From: a virus
Taxonomy: Duplodnaviria; Heunggongvirae; Uroviricota; Caudoviricetes
Length of the DNA stretch: 19,407 nt
Strand: one strand, 5' to 3'
Virus record (IMG/VR): IMGVR_UViG_2619619132_000004
Shown one piece after another: positions 6,947 to 14,351 of this stretch (positions are counted from its first letter, which is position 1; each line of letters starts with the position of its first letter). The position numbers and the translations under genes were made by a program. Below the pieces are notes generated by a model. That model saw nothing but the letters and a program-made list of their open reading frames with translations. It did no database searches and was not told where the DNA came from.

Positions 6947-8029
6947 ATGCGTAATTACGCAACAATTTCACCTCAGTTCTGGTTAGGCGATACAGGGCGA
7001 AAACTCAGGAAGTCTGGTCCGGAATGTATGGTAGTGGCGTTGTATATGATGACCTCGCCTCATTCCAATATGCTGGGCCTTTATTACCTGCCTGTTTTGT
7101 ACATTGCTCACGAAACCGGACTTGATCCTGAAGGGGCTTCTAAGGGGCTTCAAATGGCTTGCGAGGCTGGTTTTTGCAGCTATGACCATGATTCTGAGGT
7201 TGTATGGGTGCATGAAATGGCAGCATGGCAGGTTGGTGAATCGCTGAAACCTGGCGATAACCGTTGTGCTGGGGTAAGAAATGAATATTCCGCGTTGCTG
7301 GAAAATCCTTTTTTATCATCCTTTTATGATAGATATAAGGATGATTTCCACCTGGATGTCAGACGTGAATCATGTCGGAAAATTGAAGCCCCTTCAGAGC
7401 CCCTTTCAAGCCAAGAACAGGAACAGGAACAAGAACAGGAAAGGGATAAAACCCTTCTGGTCCATGGCGAAAAAATCGCCACGGACCCACAGGGGGATTT
7501 TTGTCCTGTTCTGACTGAACGTCCAGGACCAGCTGGCACGACACCGGAAGCAGATTCCGGGCGTTGTGTGCAGCAGGTGCTGATCGTCGAACCGGAGCAA
7601 CAACGCCAACCGCAGCAGCCTGAAGCCGATTCCGCGATGAGCGGGAAGCCGATTGGGTTAACCCGGGCGATGCCGGGACCGTCTGCGGGACGAGTTGATT
7701 ATCCTGACGTGTTCGAACGGGTCTGGCGTGAATATCCGCATCGGGCAGGGTCAAACCCGAAGAAATCCGCGTTCAATGCCTGGAGGGCCAGATTACGCGA
7801 AGGGGTGTCACCGGATGTCGTGCTGGATGGCGTGAGGCGTTACGCAAGATACCTGGAGGCTACCGGGAAAGCGGGAACTGAATTTGTTCAGCAGGCATCG
7901 ACGTTTTTTGGCCCGAACAGGAATTTCGAAAATCCGTGGTCGCTGCCGAAGGCTGGCGCAGTCAGCCTGCGTTGCGTGAATCACATTTCTGAACCGGACA
8001 CCGAAATTCCGCCGGGTTTCAGGGGGTAA
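6947..8029 (+). CDS. Phage replication initiation protein (functional analogue of lambda O), 360 aa, with internal EQ repeat
   Basis: GAGGGG RBS before ATG 6947; sits between cII and the DnaC-like loader; contains the repeated segment 7603..7688 and an (EQ)n run at 7411..7440. Confidence 0.6.
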   Translation: MRNYATISPQFWLGDTGRKLRKSGPECMVVALYMMTSPHSNMLGLYYLPVLYIAHETGLDPEGASKGLQMACEAGFCSYDHDSEVVWVHEMAAWQVGESLKPGDNRCAGVRNEYSALLENPFLSSFYDRYKDDFHLDVRRESCRKIEAPSEPLSSQEQEQEQEQERDKTLLVHGEKIATDPQGDFCPVLTERPGPAGTTPEADSGRCVQQVLIVEPEQQRQPQQPEADSAMSGKPIGLTRAMPGPSAGRVDYPDVFERVWREYPHRAGSNPKKSAFNAWRARLREGVSPDVVLDGVRRYARYLEATGKAGTEFVQQASTFFGPNRNFENPWSLPKAGAVSLRCVNHISEPDTEIPPGFRG

Positions 8030-8035
8030 TCAGCC

Positions 8036-8776
8036 ATGAAAAACATTTCGACAGGAGGGATTCTTGAACGGGTGCGCCGTCTGGCACCACCGCACGTGGC
8101 AGCACCGTTCCGGACGACCGACGAATGGCGGGAATGGCAACTGGCTGAGGGCCGTAAGCGCAGCGAGGAAATTAACCGCCTGAATCATCAGGCGCGGGTT
8201 GAAAAAATCCTGAACCGTGCGGGCATCCAGCCGCTTCACAGGAAGTGCTCATTCGGGAACTACCGGGTGCAGAACGACGGTCAGCGCCATGCTCTGAGCC
8301 AGGCGAAATCCATTGCCGATGAATTGATGACCGGTTATACAAACTTCGTGTTCAGCGGGAATCCGGGAACCGGAAAAAATCATCTGGCGGCGGCTGTGGG
8401 TAATCGTCTGCTGAATGCCGGTAAATCCGTGATAGTGGTCACCGTGGCGGATGTGATGAGCGCGTTACATGCCAGCTATGACGACGGACTGTCAGGGGAA
8501 AAATTTTTGCGTGAACTGTGCGAAGTGGACCTCCTGGTTCTTGACGAAATTGGCATCCAGCGTGAGACGAAAAACGAGCAGGTGGTACTGCACCAGATTG
8601 TTGACCGCCGGACGGCATCACTGCGCAGTGTCGGGATGCTGACAAACCTGAATCATGCCGCAATGAGCAAGCTTCTTGGTGAGAGGATTATGGACCGGAT
8701 GACCATGAACGGTGGTCGTTGGGTGAATTTTAACTGGGAGAGCTGGCGGTCAAACGTTGGACGTCAGGGTATGTGA
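8036..8776 (+). CDS. DnaC-like helicase loader / IstB-type ATPase (246 aa)
   Basis: Walker A GNPGTGKNHLA and Walker B LLVLDEIG; GGGGG RBS; immediately downstream of the initiator gene. Confidence 0.85.
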   Translation: MKNISTGGILERVRRLAPPHVAAPFRTTDEWREWQLAEGRKRSEEINRLNHQARVEKILNRAGIQPLHRKCSFGNYRVQNDGQRHALSQAKSIADELMTGYTNFVFSGNPGTGKNHLAAAVGNRLLNAGKSVIVVTVADVMSALHASYDDGLSGEKFLRELCEVDLLVLDEIGIQRETKNEQVVLHQIVDRRTASLRSVGMLTNLNHAAMSKLLGERIMDRMTMNGGRWVNFNWESWRSNVGRQGM

Positions 8777-8801
8777 GAATTTTTGACGAGGTAAATTTTC
8801 G

Positions 8802-9572
8802 ATGGAAACCGTATTGCATGCACTGAAAGCGATGGGAAAAGCCAATTCTGTTGAACTGGCGGCGCGGCTTGATATCAGCCGTGAAGAAGTTCTCAACGAA
8901 CTGTGGGAGCTCAAAAAAAATGGCGTTGTTGATAAAACGGGTCACACCTGGTTTCTGGCTGTCGAAGGTGAAGCCGGGGTAACCGAAGGGCAGGCACTGC
9001 AACCTGAAGCGCCGGATGTGGTAACCGAAGAGGTCGCTCCAAAAGTTACCGCAGACATGATGATTGAGTTTATCGATCAGGATGGGGCTAAAACGTGTGA
9101 GGAACTGGCGGGGAAGTTCGGTGTCAGCACTCGTAAGGTTGCTTCCACGTTGGCGGTGGTAACAGCAACGAGACGCCTGGTACGCGAGATCAGCAACGGA
9201 AAATTCCGTTACAAAATGCCTGATGTCGAAAACGGCGATTTGAGCGCTTTATCATCGCAGAATAAGCAATCACACCATGACGCAGAAAACAGCGCGGCAG
9301 GCGATGAAATGAATCGTTTTCCGTTGGCATCAGAGAGCACGGCAAAGGCCAGTACAGATGAGTTTATCCGAGAAGTTCCATCATTCACCGAAAAATCTGC
9401 CAGTTCGGTGATGCTTCCATCGCTGCATGCTGCCAGTCGAGAACTTCGTCGCGCCAAAAAACAGGTCCAGAAGTGGGAGCGAGTCTGCGCCGCGCTGCGG
9501 GAGCTGAACAAGCACCGGGATATTGTTCGACAGATTGTCGATTCATCCGGTCGTATTGTGTCGGAAAAGTGA
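8802..9572 (+). CDS. Hypothetical protein (256 aa)
   Basis: Long ORF with ATG start, co-directional with the replication genes; N-terminus looks like a winged-helix fold but no family was recognised. Confidence 0.5.
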   Translation: METVLHALKAMGKANSVELAARLDISREEVLNELWELKKNGVVDKTGHTWFLAVEGEAGVTEGQALQPEAPDVVTEEVAPKVTADMMIEFIDQDGAKTCEELAGKFGVSTRKVASTLAVVTATRRLVREISNGKFRYKMPDVENGDLSALSSQNKQSHHDAENSAAGDEMNRFPLASESTAKASTDEFIREVPSFTEKSASSVMLPSLHAASRELRRAKKQVQKWERVCAALRELNKHRDIVRQIVDSSGRIVSEK

Positions 9573-9587
9573 TTGCCGGAGGCGCTT

Positions 9588-9983
9588 ATGGCGAAACCTT
9601 TTACACACGAACAGCGGGAAGAACTGAAGGCACGAATTATCGGATTGGTACGCAAAAATGAACGCATGACGATATCGCAACTGGAGAGAGCGACGGGAGC
9701 AGGCTGGCATTCAGTCAGACGTTGCCTTGTGGATGTACTGGCTTGTGGCGATTTATACATGTCCGGTAAATACGGTGTTTTTGCATCAGAACAGGTGTAT
9801 CGCGTATGGCGTAAGACACCGGAGAAAACAACTGACCAGACATTGATTCGAAAGTTACCAGACGGAGAAATTCGCCGCTACGATAGACGCCTGAACATAA
9901 TTTGTCGTGAGTGCCGCCAGAGCGAAGTTATGCAGCGTGTGCTGGCTTTCTATCAGGGGAATTTTCAGGAGGCGGTACTGTGA
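9588..9983 (+). CDS. Hypothetical protein (131 aa)
   Basis: GGAGG RBS 5 nt before ATG 9588 (the ORF track's 9573 start is a TTG). Confidence 0.5.
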   Translation: MAKPFTHEQREELKARIIGLVRKNERMTISQLERATGAGWHSVRRCLVDVLACGDLYMSGKYGVFASEQVYRVWRKTPEKTTDQTLIRKLPDGEIRRYDRRLNIICRECRQSEVMQRVLAFYQGNFQEAVL

Positions 9984-10039
9984 GTGAATTAGCTATCAGG
10001 CTTCAATTGTCGCTGGCATTCGCATCAAAGGAGAATGAG

Positions 10040-10624
10040 ATGACCACTTTTACAAAAGAGCAGTTAATCAGTCATGTTAGTGAAAATGTAAAGGCGATGA
10101 AATTTGCAGTAAAACAGACAGCATTCAAAAATTCTCTCGAGGCAATTGAGTTGGATTTAGCACTGGCCCTTGTTGCTCAGGCTTCGCTGGAAGCAGAGCC
10201 CGTGCTTTATATGAATCGATTTACCGGAAAGACATTCTCACTGGAAGAGCAACCTGGTGCTGATAAGGAACCGGAAATATACGTGCCGCTATATGCTGCC
10301 CCGCCAGACAGCGCCGCCATGCTTCAGGCTGGAAACTTTCGGGAAAAGAAGGGTTCGTCAACCAATAATTTTCGGGAAATCTCGGAAACGTCAACCAACC
10401 ATCCGGTAACTCTGGATGGTTGGATAAGCTGTAGTGAGCGAATGCCGGATGACGGTCAGCACGTAATTATTTTATGTGATGGCGCATTCGTTCTTTATGC
10501 GCAATATCGAGACGGTGAGTTTTTTGATGTAGTCCGTGATGGTGATGAATTTTTCGAAACACAGAGCCGCAATGTAACCGACTGGATGCCGCTACCAGAA
10601 CCGCCGCAGGAGGTGCGCCAATGA
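10040..10624 (+). CDS. DUF551-like nin-region protein (194 aa)
   Basis: AAGGAG RBS before ATG 10040; C-terminal segment WISCSERMPDDGQHVIIL...WMPLPEPP resembles DUF551 proteins of lambdoid nin regions. Confidence 0.6.
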   Translation: MTTFTKEQLISHVSENVKAMKFAVKQTAFKNSLEAIELDLALALVAQASLEAEPVLYMNRFTGKTFSLEEQPGADKEPEIYVPLYAAPPDSAAMLQAGNFREKKGSSTNNFREISETSTNHPVTLDGWISCSERMPDDGQHVIILCDGAFVLYAQYRDGEFFDVVRDGDEFFETQSRNVTDWMPLPEPPQEVRQ

Positions 10625-10704
10625 TCTGGCCTGAAGCCTTTGCAATTACAGGCGTTGCTATAGCTATTGATTTTTTAGTATATGTTATTTGTCGGTGGGG
10701 GTAA
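10621..10704 (+). CDS. Possible small hydrophobic peptide (27 aa)
   Basis: ATG overlapping the upstream stop (ATGA); MIWPEAFAITGVAIAIDFLVYVICRWG; single predicted transmembrane helix. Confidence 0.25.
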   Translation: MIWPEAFAITGVAIAIDFLVYVICRWG

Positions 10705-10739
10705 AAACGTTCGCCGGGATTAACACCAAAGGAGGGAAT

Positions 10740-10844
10740 ATGTCGGATGATATATCACTGGCAATGGAAGGTGCGCTGGCTGTTATTGCTGTTGTGGGCG
10801 TTTACTGCCTGGTTGTGTTTTTGATGGATCGACTAGGGAACTGA
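10740..10844 (+). CDS. Possible small hydrophobic peptide (34 aa)
   Basis: AAGGAGGG RBS before ATG 10740; MSDDISLAMEGALAVIAVVGVYCLVVFLMDRLGN. Confidence 0.3.
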   Translation: MSDDISLAMEGALAVIAVVGVYCLVVFLMDRLGN

Positions 10845-10984
10845 ATTCATTACGATATGGGAATTCCCATATCGGGTAAAAACGGTTTGCGGTAAAGCGA
10901 GAGTTAAGCAGAATTGCTGCGGGTGCTTGAGGCTGTCTGCCTCGGGCATGCCACCGTAAGGCAGACAGAGAAAAACCCCAGTTA

Positions 10985-11050
10985 ACATTACGCGTCCTGC
11001 AAGACGCCTAACATTAATCTGAGGCCAATTTCATGCTAGACACATGTAGG
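10985..11050 (-). ncRNA. Sok-like antisense RNA (type I antitoxin); approximate position
   Basis: Placed by analogy with hok/sok loci, antisense to the mok start and hok leader. Boundaries not determined from sequence. Confidence 0.35.
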
Positions 11051-11245
11051 TTAGCCTCTTACGCGCCGAAAGGCAAGGAGAAGCAGGCTATGAAGCAGCA
11101 AAAGGCGATGTTAGTCGCCCTGATCGTCATCTGTATTACCGTCGTAGTGACGGCACTGGTAACGAGGAAAGACCTCTGCGAGGTACGAATCCGAACCGGT
11201 CAGACGGAGGTTGCTGTCTTCACAGCTTACAAACCTGAGGAGTAA
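11033..11245 (+). CDS. mok-like overlapping reading frame (in frame with and containing hok)
   Basis: ORF track 11033..11245 begins upstream of hok in the same frame, as in hok/sok loci. Confidence 0.5.
   Translation: MLDTCRLASYAPKGKEKQAMKQQKAMLVALIVICITVVVTALVTRKDLCEVRIRTGQTEVAVFTAYKPEE
11090..11245 (+). CDS. hok: Hok/Gef-family type I toxin (51 aa)
   Basis: MKQQKAMLVALIVICITVVVTALVTRKDLCEVRIRTGQTEVAVFTAYKPEE matches Hok (transmembrane helix then RKxLCEVRIxxGxTEVAAF). Leader 10921..10968 resembles the R1 hok mRNA 5' end; the 5' element UGCGGGUG (10918..10925) is complementary to the 3' element CACCCGCA (11303..11310). Confidence 0.85.
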   Translation: MKQQKAMLVALIVICITVVVTALVTRKDLCEVRIRTGQTEVAVFTAYKPEE

Positions 11246-11313
11246 GAGACCAGGCGAGGGAGAAATCCCTCGCCACCTCTGATGTGTCAGGCATCCTCAA
11301 CGCACCCGCACTT

Positions 11314-11336
11314 AACCCGCTTCGGCGGGTTTTTTC
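11314..11336 (+). terminator. Rho-independent terminator of the hok mRNA (CCCGC-UUCG-GCGGG then U7)
   Basis: GC stem with UUCG tetraloop and T-run. Confidence 0.8.
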
Positions 11337-11454
11337 ACGTACTGTGGTTGTGAATACGATTGGTATTAGGCTATGCTAACAACATTAGCCTGACTAATTT
11401 TGTATTGACTTGATTTTTGTTAAAGAACAGGACGGAGAAGTAAGGGTACACCCA

Positions 11455-11634
11455 ATGAGCTACGCACTAAAAAAACACCCGCGATTGACTATTCCCCCTC
11501 GCGATAAAAGCGTTGTGGCAGCTCCGCGCCCGGCTATCGATGAAAATTGCACTCATCGTGAGCAGGTGAAAAATGCTTTCGATTTCGGTTTTTCTCGTTA
11601 CGAGAAGGCAATGGAAGAACTTTCAAAAGTGTAA
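11455..11634 (+). CDS. Small protein upstream of the Doc-family toxin; putative cognate antitoxin (unclassified, 59 aa)
   Basis: ATG 11455; stop 18 bp before the toxin start; no similarity to Phd noticed. Confidence 0.45.
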   Translation: MSYALKKHPRLTIPPRDKSVVAAPRPAIDENCTHREQVKNAFDFGFSRYEKAMEELSKV

Positions 11635-11652
11635 TGATGGGTATTGTGCTCT

Positions 11653-12138
11653 ATGGCTGAGATTGTTGAAGGAGTGCACTACCTTTCGTTTGATGATCTT
11701 ACCGAAATTAATCGCCTTTTAATTGAGCTTCAAACACCAGATGAACCTGTTAGTGTGCTGAGTGTTGATAATTTAAGTTCTTCTCAGTCTCGTCCCAGCA
11801 TGGTTCGATGGTATGAACAGACTAATGACATGTTTGTACTGGCATCAGTATTGATTGAAAGTCTGATTCAGAATCATCCATTTGCTAATGCAAACAAACG
11901 AACAGCTATGATGGCTGGTTATGTCTTCTTGTTGTTGAATGGCTATGAGTTAACAGCACCAGGCGATGAAATCGTGGAAATGGCAGAGGGACTGGCCTGC
12001 AAAACCTATACTCGAGAAGATCTCGAGAACTGGTTGTGTTATTGGTCTCGTGCGTATGACAGCCGGGAATTATGTAAAACAGGCGCAACTATTGTTTTGT
12101 ATGAAACTATCAAGCTTAAAATAGAACAGCAAAACTAA
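11653..12138 (+). CDS. Fic/Doc-family protein with Doc-type motif HPFANANKR (putative toxin, 162 aa)
   Basis: Motif HxFx(D/N)(A/G)NKR present as HPFANANKRTAMMAG; followed by a terminator at 12156..12178. Confidence 0.7.
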   Translation: MAEIVEGVHYLSFDDLTEINRLLIELQTPDEPVSVLSVDNLSSSQSRPSMVRWYEQTNDMFVLASVLIESLIQNHPFANANKRTAMMAGYVFLLLNGYELTAPGDEIVEMAEGLACKTYTREDLENWLCYWSRAYDSRELCKTGATIVLYETIKLKIEQQN

Positions 12139-12155
12139 AGGTGCTTCTAATGAAA

Positions 12156-12178
12156 ATCCGCTTCGGCGGGTTTTGTTG
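12156..12178 (+). terminator. Rho-independent terminator (CCGC-UUCG-GCGG then UUUUGUUG)
   Basis: Same stem-loop core as the hok terminator; lies between the convergent Doc-like gene and the HTH antitoxin gene. Confidence 0.65.
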
Positions 12179-12188
12179 TATTGGAGTA

Positions 12189-12506
12189 TCATGATATTAC
12201 TTGGATCCCGTTTTTCTCTACGACTGAAAGAAGGCGAAGAGCGGCACCTCCCGGCCGTTTTACACCACGTTCCCAGTCTGATATCAGGTTTTTACTGACG
12301 TTGAGGTATCTGGCAAAAACAGGTTGAGACAGATGCTCTCGTTCGCGCAGTGCACGGATCCTTTCCGGAGACATTACCGGCGCTGGCTGGAGACAAGTTT
12401 CATCGAATTCTCGCATAGTCTGTTTCGTTACTGCGCCGATATCATGAAGCGATTCCATCATTTCATGTACGGATGCAAGCGCATCACTGCGGTAATTTTT
12501 ACTCAT
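12189..12506 (-). CDS. HTH (XRE-like) antitoxin of a HigB-2/HigA-2-type toxin-antitoxin pair (105 aa)
   Basis: GGAGG RBS before ATG 12506; C-terminal HTH segment; immediately downstream of the toxin gene on the same strand. Confidence 0.65.
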   Translation of the reverse strand: MSKNYRSDALASVHEMMESLHDIGAVTKQTMREFDETCLQPAPVMSPERIRALREREHLSQPVFARYLNVSKNLISDWERGVKRPGGAALRLLSVVEKNGIQVIS

Positions 12507-12560
12507 TGGGTACCTCCGTAAACTGACCCTGTAGAATCAGTTGTGCCAGTTGTTCATCTG

Positions 12561-12869
12561 TTAGATTGAGTACGTGAGGAGCCCCTTCCGAAATGCACTT
12601 TCCTCAGTAGCGGTTATATTTTCACGTTCATTTTTTGCGTATGCATATACGAAAAAGGCCCTTGTGCCGACGCGATAGAAAATGATTGTGCGATAACCGC
12701 CAGATTTGCCGCCACCGACTCGTGGCAGACGTTGCTTGATAACGCCGTTACCCAGGTTTGCTGAGATAAGCCCGTTATCAGCCTGTTTAACAATTTCGCG
12801 CAGTGACTGGTCGGATATTTTGTTTTTGTGTGCAAATCGCTCAAACCAGGCGTTTTTAAAAATGCGCAT
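12561..12869 (-). CDS. RelE/HigB-2-like toxin (102 aa)
   Basis: Motifs GGGKSGGYRTIIFYR and FVYAYAKNERENI resemble Vibrio HigB-2 (GKRGGSRIIYYF...YGKNEMSDL); toxin-first operon order. Confidence 0.65.
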   Translation of the reverse strand: MRIFKNAWFERFAHKNKISDQSLREIVKQADNGLISANLGNGVIKQRLPRVGGGKSGGYRTIIFYRVGTRAFFVYAYAKNERENITATEESAFRKGLLTYSI

Positions 12870-12886
12870 TTTTTTGTTCCGTTATT

Positions 12887-12911
12887 AATGTATAACACAT
12901 AGTATTACATT
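12887..12911. promoter_or_regulatory. Inverted repeat AATGTA-N13-TACATT just upstream of the HigB-like toxin start; putative autoregulatory operator
   Basis: Perfect 6 bp arms seen in sequence, 18 bp upstream of the toxin ATG (12869). Confidence 0.4.
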
Positions 12912-12937
12912 GCGTAGGGATCTGCAATGCCATCAGT

Positions 12938-12967
12938 TTGACAACGTCGCGTATCCGGGATTATATT
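12938..12967 (+). promoter_or_regulatory. Sigma70-like promoter: TTGACA (12938..12943), 17-18 bp spacer, TTATAT/TATATT
   Basis: Consensus -35 hexamer and AT-rich -10 at canonical spacing. Confidence 0.5.
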
Positions 12968-12973
12968 CATCGC

Positions 12974-13056
12974 ACGCCAGCAAAATCTGGCGTCGGGATT
13001 AGGAACCCCGGATAGAAACCGCGACAGAGACACGCCGCGAGCGTGTTTTTTATTGT
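12974..13056 (+). ncRNA. Candidate small RNA or attenuated leader (about 80 nt) ending at an intrinsic terminator
   Basis: No ORF; 5' hairpin CGCCAG-CAAAAT-CTGGCG (12973..12990); terminator ACACGC-CGCGA-GCGTGT then U6 (13030..13051); downstream of the promoter at 12938. Confidence 0.4.
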
Positions 13057-13214
13057 CGTATGCACACGCACATCTGAATTATGGTGGGGCGTATAGGGGA
13101 GCTGAAAAGCTCGCCGGTTGGTTTCCCGGTAGTTCCTAACCCTGTACGTCTCGCCACCCGATGATTAGGAACCTGACGGTGGTGATAGTTTAGAAACCAC
13201 TCGAGGGCGTCATT

Positions 13215-13886
13215 ATGACAACTCAAGTTTCTGTTGAAACACTCTCCACGATTACTTACAAGCAGATCCCCGTTATCACTACCGAACTTTTGGCGCACCT
13301 TTACGGCACAGAAGCTATTCGTATTCGCCAGAATCACCACGAAAACAAAGGTCGTTTCATTGAGGAAAAACACTTCTTCAAACTTGAAGGTGAAACTTTA
13401 CGTGAGTTCAAGCACAGAGTAGCTTTTAACTACTCTGTGAAAATTGCCCGTAACGTTCGCTCCCTCATCCTATGGACAGAACGCGGCGCAGCCCGTCACG
13501 CAAAAATGCTCGAAACTGATCAGGCGTGGGAGGTATTCGAAAAACTGGAAGACTGCTATTTCAGCCAGGGAAAAACAGCACCAACCGAACAGCAGCCGCA
13601 GATTCAGCCACAATTCACAGCCGAAGAAATCATCCTCCTTTGCTACATGCAGCTCTGGATGGAAAAAGCCCAGGACCTCAGCAAACACCTGTATCCCATT
13701 ATGAAAGAGCTGAACTCCTCATACACGAACAAGCTGTATGACATTGCGTTTGAGACCATCTACATGGTGACGAAGAACAGAGACGCGCTACTAAGGGAGG
13801 TAACACGTCTCGACATGTCAAGTTCCATTATCCAGCGGGCCATGCCAATGCTGAAAAGCCTGCGGGCAAGACAATTTGAATTCTGA
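13215..13886 (+). CDS. ORF6N-domain antirepressor-like protein (223 aa)
   Basis: GAGGG RBS; N-terminal region resembles ORF6N/Ant-type antirepressors of lambdoid prophages; own terminator downstream. Confidence 0.6.
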   Translation: MTTQVSVETLSTITYKQIPVITTELLAHLYGTEAIRIRQNHHENKGRFIEEKHFFKLEGETLREFKHRVAFNYSVKIARNVRSLILWTERGAARHAKMLETDQAWEVFEKLEDCYFSQGKTAPTEQQPQIQPQFTAEEIILLCYMQLWMEKAQDLSKHLYPIMKELNSSYTNKLYDIAFETIYMVTKNRDALLREVTRLDMSSSIIQRAMPMLKSLRARQFEF

Positions 13887-13890
13887 AACT

Positions 13891-13915
13891 AAAGGAGCTT
13901 CGGCTCCTTTTTTGT
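13891..13915 (+). terminator. Rho-independent terminator (GGAGC-UUCG-GCUCC then U7)
   Basis: Perfect stem with UUCG tetraloop and T-run. Confidence 0.8.
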
Positions 13916-13940
13916 TGGGAAAATCCAGTGAGAGGGAATA

Positions 13941-14351
13941 ATGAACCAGACTATCTTCCTCCGAAGTAAGCAGCAGCAACAATTTGCCATTAACGCCATC
14001 CTTGCAACAACTCTCGATAAAGACAAACCCGTTACGATCCGCATCACCGATTACAAGCGGAATCTCGATCAAAATGCCAAATTTCACGCGATGGTCGCTG
14101 ATATCTCCCGACAGGTTCAGTGGTGCGGCAGATGGCTAAAACCAGAACAGTGGAAAGTTTTGTTAATCAGCGGACATGCCGTGGCTACAAAACAGGAAGC
14201 TGATGTTTTGCCAGGTCTTGAAGGTGAATACGTCAATATCCGCGAAAGCAGTGCGCAGATGAGCGTGAAGCGTATGGCAAGCCTGATTGAGTACACAACT
14301 TCCTGGGCTGTGGAGCAGGGTGTCAGATTTACCGACAGGAGGTATGAATGA
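13941..14351 (+). CDS. ninB: NinB recombination protein
   Basis: Similarity to lambda NinB ([25 protein letters not shown] versus lambda LDQNRKLWACLGDVSRQVEWHGRWL). Confidence 0.8.
   Translation: MNQTIFLRSKQQQQFAINAILATTLDKDKPVTIRITDYKRNLDQNAKFHAMVADISRQVQWCGRWLKPEQWKVLLISGHAVATKQEADVLPGLEGEYVNIRESSAQMSVKRMASLIEYTTSWAVEQGVRFTDRRYE

Noticed and set aside
7411-7440. Possible CRISPR-like or tandem array
   Set aside because: It is a short trinucleotide-type coding repeat inside a gene; no spacer-repeat architecture exists anywhere in the window.
6983-7754. Minus-strand ORFs 6983..7213, 7324..7539, 7359..7754, 7406..7609 and plus ORF 7281..7514
   Set aside because: Antisense or alternate-frame ORFs within the replication initiator gene; compositional artefacts.
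8030-9760. Minus-strand ORFs 8030..8239, 8439..8663, 8730..9002, 9209..9760 and plus ORF 9473..9661
   Set aside because: Overlap better-supported rightward genes (DnaC-like loader and the 256 aa protein) in the opposite orientation or another frame; no RBS.
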